Part shown: piece by piece, positions 56,545-57,637 of the stretch
Layout: each line of letters opens with the position of its first letter
How positions within the stretch are numbered: position 1 is the first letter of the stretch
From: an uncultured Candidatus Saccharibacteria bacterium
Lineage (GTDB): Bacteria; Patescibacteriota; Minisyncoccia; Phycocordibacterales; UBA918
Length of the DNA: 57,637 bases
Assembly (NCBI GenBank): GCA_964469295.1
Contig: CAYXYJ010000007.1
Location: 14,465-72,101 of the forward strand
Direction of reading: 5' to 3'
The notes under the pieces: generated by a model
Database searches by the model: none
What the model was told of the DNA's origin: nothing
What the model saw: the letters and a program-made list of their open reading frames with translations, nothing else
Made by a program: the position numbers and the translations under genes

Positions 56545-57578
56545 CCGAATCATCCGTGTTATATCGTAAATATCGTCCACAAACATTTTCTGAAGTGCGT
56601 GATCAAGAGCACATTATTTCTGTATTGGAAGGAGCCATCGCTAAAAATACTATTCCTCACGCCTTATTATTTTCGGGTACTCGGGGGACGGGGAAAACCA
56701 CGACGGCTCGACTATTTGCCAAAGCGATTGGGACCAACGATATTGATTTGTATGAAATTGATGCAGCGAGTAATCGTGGCATTGATGATATTCGTGAACT
56801 TCGTGAAGCGGTGCACACGTTGCCGTATGAATCACGGTTTAAAGTGTACATCATTGATGAGGTGCATATGCTGACGAAAGAAGCCTTCAATGCACTCCTC
56901 AAAACACTCGAAGAACCACCCGCGCATGTTGTGTTTATTTTGGCCACGACCGAAGAAGAACGATTGCTTGATACCATTTTATCTCGGTGTCAGGTATTTC
57001 GGTTTCGTTCACCATCACGATCGATTCTGGCCCTGACGGTCACTGATATTGCCCGTCAGGAAGGTTTTACGTTATCGCCGGAAGCAGCTGACCTAATCGC
57101 GATTGCGGCTGACGGTTCGTTTCGTGATGCACTGGGGGTGACGCAAAAGGTCATGTTGGCGTCCGGTGACACGATTGGGAATGTCGACGAAGTGGCTGCG
57201 ATTATTGGCGCACCAAAAACCGCTGTTATTTCGGCTCTCGTAACCGCTTTGCATGAGAAAAATATTCCCAATGGTCTACAGGCGGTACGTGATGCGGTAG
57301 AGGCACACGCTGATATGAAGCTTTTTTTACGGTTGCTCGTACAGCAAATTCGAGCGGTGATGTTGTTACGAAATGAACCTAATAATGAAGAAGCAATTCT
57401 TGCTTCTTTTGGCGCGGATACGCGTACGTATATATCCGCGTATGCCCAAGCTACTGCTACGCCGTTAAATTCACATCTCTTATCACGACTATTAAAAGTT
57501 ATTGACGAGTCATCGCGATCACCATTACCGGCCTTGCCGCTGGAAATCGCGATTATTGAGCATTGTGGTCTTACCTAA
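56541..57578 (+). CDS. dnaX: DNA polymerase III gamma/tau (short form)
   Basis: LYRKYRPQTF, GTRGTGKTT, EIDAASNRG, IIDEVHML, AFNALLKTLEEPP, SRC. Confidence 0.97.
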   Translation: MTESSVLYRKYRPQTFSEVRDQEHIISVLEGAIAKNTIPHALLFSGTRGTGKTTTARLFAKAIGTNDIDLYEIDAASNRGIDDIRELREAVHTLPYESRFKVYIIDEVHMLTKEAFNALLKTLEEPPAHVVFILATTEEERLLDTILSRCQVFRFRSPSRSILALTVTDIARQEGFTLSPEAADLIAIAADGSFRDALGVTQKVMLASGDTIGNVDEVAAIIGAPKTAVISALVTALHEKNIPNGLQAVRDAVEAHADMKLFLRLLVQQIRAVMLLRNEPNNEEAILASFGADTRTYISAYAQATATPLNSHLLSRLLKVIDESSRSPLPALPLEIAIIEHCGLT

Positions 57579-57593
57579 CTACTGACACATCAT

Positions 57594-57637
57594 ATGGCAA
57601 AACGTATTTACCTCGTCCGGCATGGTGAAACCACCAG
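57594..57637 (+). CDS. Histidine phosphatase family protein (5' partial)
   Basis: MAKRIYLVRHGETT with the RHG motif; runs off the window edge. Confidence 0.8.
   Translation, partial: MAKRIYLVRHGETT

Noticed and set aside
1-57637. CRISPR array or cas genes
   Set aside because: No run of three or more equal repeats with unique spacers was seen. The repeats found are palindromes, att sites or dispersed elements.
1-57637. UGA-to-Gly recoding (code 25, Gracilibacteria/Absconditabacteria)
   Set aside because: Conserved genes are full length under code 11, and TGA ends intact genes (e.g. 13324, 41506, 43227).

Overview
This is a 57.6 kb chromosomal window from a Patescibacteria (CPR, Parcubacteria-like) bacterium using the standard genetic code. 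The taxonomy is inferred from the gene style, the CPR-type pilins, the short dnaX and rel genes and the lack of biosynthetic genes. Most of the window is housekeeping: trxB, ftsZ/ftsA, ybeY, rpsU, lepB, pth, rpsA, gyrA, rbfA/infB, a cysteine desulfurase, clpB, miaA, parB, rel, topA, dprA, serS, ftsQ, dus, dnaX and seven tRNAs. Accessory content has four parts. (1) A ~9.5 kb AT-rich element is integrated at the tRNA-Tyr 3' end (10-bp core CTGTGCGCCG). It carries a large serine recombinase whose C-terminus changes on integration, a replication-protein-like gene, a small-terminase-like gene, two structured RNA leaders and a Gabija-like defence operon. (2) There are two CPR pilin clusters, one with pilins fused to peptidoglycan hydrolases. 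(3) Several SD-led orphan genes are present, including a beta-barrel-like protein. (4) The most unusual signal is a dispersed family of structured non-coding elements with a conserved 12-nt loop (GAACGWAGTGAA). They sit in the 3' trailers of tRNAs and ftsZ, and two copies carry an antisense copy of the 3' end of their own, different, neighbouring tRNA. No CRISPR array or rRNA was seen. All product calls come from reading motifs by eye; no database searches were run.
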